From the NCBI GenBank assembly GCA_963663405.2, contig CAXXSM010000042.1, positions 8,008 to 72,007 of the forward strand: a DNA stretch of 64,000 nt, in the 5' to 3' direction. The translations under genes and the position numbers were made by a program. Under the pieces are notes generated by a model that did no database searches, had not been told where the DNA came from, and saw only the letters and a program-made list of their open reading frames with translations. The stretch comes from a bacterium (GTDB taxonomy: Bacteria > Hinthialibacterota > Hinthialibacteria > Hinthialibacterales > Hinthialibacteraceae). Below are positions 61,431-64,000 of this stretch, in pieces; position 1 is the first letter of the stretch; the number at the start of each line of letters is the position of its first letter.

Positions 61431-64000
61431 CTATTGACAGGGGGGGGACCTCCTGGATAGTATCCTCCCATACCAACCGCCGCTGACACCCCCTCCAAGG
61501 GATGATCCAAAATCGGGCATATTGGGCAAGTTGTTGATAACATCATATCCTCCCACAACTTGACCGGTCTTGCCGACAATCTTGCTTGCGATATCAAAAC
61601 GCTTTCGAAAATTTCCCCGGCGCGTTGGCAAATGATAATGCGAAGTCGGCCCGGCTGCCCCCAGTTTTGCCACTTTTTCGAACCTCCGCCTGATGATCCA
61701 TTTGATGAACCGTTCGAGTTCGAATAATCCACGCCGCGATCCACAAGCCATCCCGCGCCTTCGGCGGCGCCACGGGCACATTGATATCTTGCGTATCGGG
61801 GAACAGCAGCTCTTGTCCAATATCAACATCGCCTGAAACCGCGGAGAGAGTTCCACTTGCTATCATATAGCCGCCAATCACCCATCCTGGAGGACCCGCC
61901 CCTAATGCGACGATTCCCGCAAACACAGACATACCGCCACCCGCGACTTTCAGCGCTCCTTTGCCGATCCGGTTCCAATCCCGTCCATTATTTGAATCTG
62001 AAGAATTCGGCGTGGGGCTGCAATCCAATCCCGTGGGATCGATGTAATTCACGGGATCGTTCATGACGTAACTATAAAGGTTTGTCTGCCCGTTTCCAAA
62101 CAACAGAGGATCAGCGCTGATCCAGCGTCCTGTCTCGCTGTCGTAATCGCGGAGACCGAAATGCGTCAAACCGGAGTCCGCGTCATAGAGACCGCCCGCG
62201 AAGCCGAATGGTTGAAGCCGGGATTGGTGTCTTCCAAAATCTGGTCCGAATTCATCGTATTCCAAGCGTTGCGCGATTTCGCCTGTCTCTGCGTCGATCA
62301 CCAACCGGGGCTTCCAAGTTGATCGTGATGATCCGATAGACGCTATCCCCTTTGATCATATAATCGGGTGTCTTGCCCTTTGTGCGTAAACAAACCGCTG
62401 ACAATCTGATTATTGGAATCCAGTTCGGCGGCGGGAGAGAGGATATTCTCATAAATAAAGCCTTGAACCAAAGCGCCGTTGATTTTCTTGCCGATCCGCC
62501 GGCCACGGCCATCCAGCACATACGCGATGACGCTTCATCCGGCAGCGTGATTGTTTCCAATCCTCCCAGCGCGTTGTACTGATATTCGGTTACCTGTCCT
62601 GCTTCCGTTTTGCGGATCAACTCGCCGTTTTCATTATAGTCCATACGATTTCGAACCATATTGAAGCAGCCGGTCACGGTCGTCGTAGACGCCTGTCATC
62701 GTTCCTTCAGCGCCTGCGTATGTCAGCCGGTTTCCGTTGGCGTCGTAAGTATACACGGCGGCTGTGGCGCCCGTTTTCCTTGACTTCCTCTAACCGTCCA
62801 CGCAGATCGTATTGATAGTCAAAGATGTTCGTATCGCCATTGACCGTTTCGGTTTTTGTGACAACGCGGCCGAGTTTATCCCCGCGTATACTGAACTGAA
62901 TATGCTTCTTGTCCATTGGCGAGAGCTGAATAATCGGTAATTTCTCCAAAGTCATTGTACTCAATCGCATCGGACACTTCTCCCAAGGCGGTTTCCGTGA
63001 CCGAGCCATTCGCTGGATCGCGTTTGATTTGAAGGGAACCGGCTTGAACAAGCAATCCGTCCAGATCGTATTCAAAACGATAGCGTCTTCCCCATTGACT
63101 GCGGTAGAAGCGATCCGGAAATCCCGGTCGAATGTCCGGTTCACACTCCCTTGAATGGGACCGGACCATCGGGTTTCCGTGGGCAGGGAGCCATCTTTTT
63201 GATACGAAAGGACAAACGCCATTAGGCGCGGTGATGGTGGAAATATCTCCCGTTGTCCGTCGTAGTATATGTCCATTCTCCATCCGGAGTCGTGAGAGTA
63301 GCCAACTGCCCGTTGGCGTCGTAATCGGCGTTGATGAGTGATCCATCAAGCCGCCGCGCTGCGAATGATGCGGCGGTCGGCGTCGTATATCAATTCCGAT
63401 GAATTTACAACGCCATCCACGGCTGGCGGCGTATAGGAAGCGAACTGATTCCGGGAGGTATAGTTTATCGTATGCGCGGGTCGTCCAGGCGGTGTGATTG
63501 AGGTGAGTGATCCATCTTCGTTATAGGTATAGCCGATCTCCTGTCCGTCAGCGAATGTTTGTTTTTCCAATCCGGTCCGCCGCATCGTATTCGAATTGCG
63601 CCTCTTGTCCCAATGGATTTGTGATAGAAACGAGTTTCCCTGTTTCGTCATATTCCAGTGTGAATGTTCTCTCGCCCGTCTCCTGCGCCTATTGTGTAGG
63701 AGGTTAATTTACCCTTGTCATCATATGTATAGGTTGTGGGGAATCTGTCGCCGAACTGACTTTCAATGGGAAATCCCAGCTCATTAAATGTAATTGCGGA
63801 TTTTCTCTCTTCCGGCGATGTTGCGGATAGGATCTGGTTTTCCGCATCGTATTGGGAGACATACTTGGCGCCGTTGATCTCAAAGACATCGGTTAGATAG
63901 GTGAGTGTTCGAATGTCATTCGGATCGCTGTATTCCGCCGTACGATGGAGTGACGCTTCAGTGGTTAATCCTGACGGCGCGGCAATCGACGCGCTTTTGA
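61431..64000 (-). CDS. RHS/YD-repeat protein, 3' part with RHS-associated core; many frameshifts; 5' end outside window
   Basis: YD repeats (YDLRGRL, YDLDGLL, YNDFGE), PFGFAGGLYD, HFGLRDYDSETGRW, YVMNDPVNYIDPTGL; the stop position is uncertain (61364-61594). Confidence 0.9.

Overview
Bacterial chromosomal window of about 50% GC with AT-rich patches at roughly 15.4-15.8, 16.8-21.1 and 30.6-35.0 kb. Core genes are prfB (with the programmed +1 frameshift), tRNA-Val(CAC), a eukaryote-type citrate synthase, xth, rnhA, rffA/wecE and a SWIM-SNF2 helicase. The rest is mostly exported proteins: two pilin-like proteins, Tat-exported oxidoreductases, a sulfatase, an amidohydrolase, SGNH esterases, a zinc metalloprotease, a 1472-aa Pro/Thr-stalked surface protein and an RHS protein. 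One complete IS carries TIRs and a 5-bp TSD. The gene repertoire resembles Sumerlaeota/Hinthialibacterota (OLB16)-like candidate phyla; this is an inference. Most notable: (1) an ECF sigma / FecR-type anti-sigma operon where the FecR domain appears split, its last strands encoded at the N-terminus of the next gene, a 925-aa membrane-anchored beta-sandwich protein; (2) a promoter- and terminator-bounded, multi-stem non-coding RNA candidate upstream of that operon; (3) three independent tandem amplifications of secreted-protein genes, two with conserved-end/variable-middle mosaics and some with REP-like hairpins at the junctions. Many accessory genes carry single-base indels, often in homopolymers, which are probably long-read assembly errors. 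All family calls come from motif recognition by eye; no searches were run.
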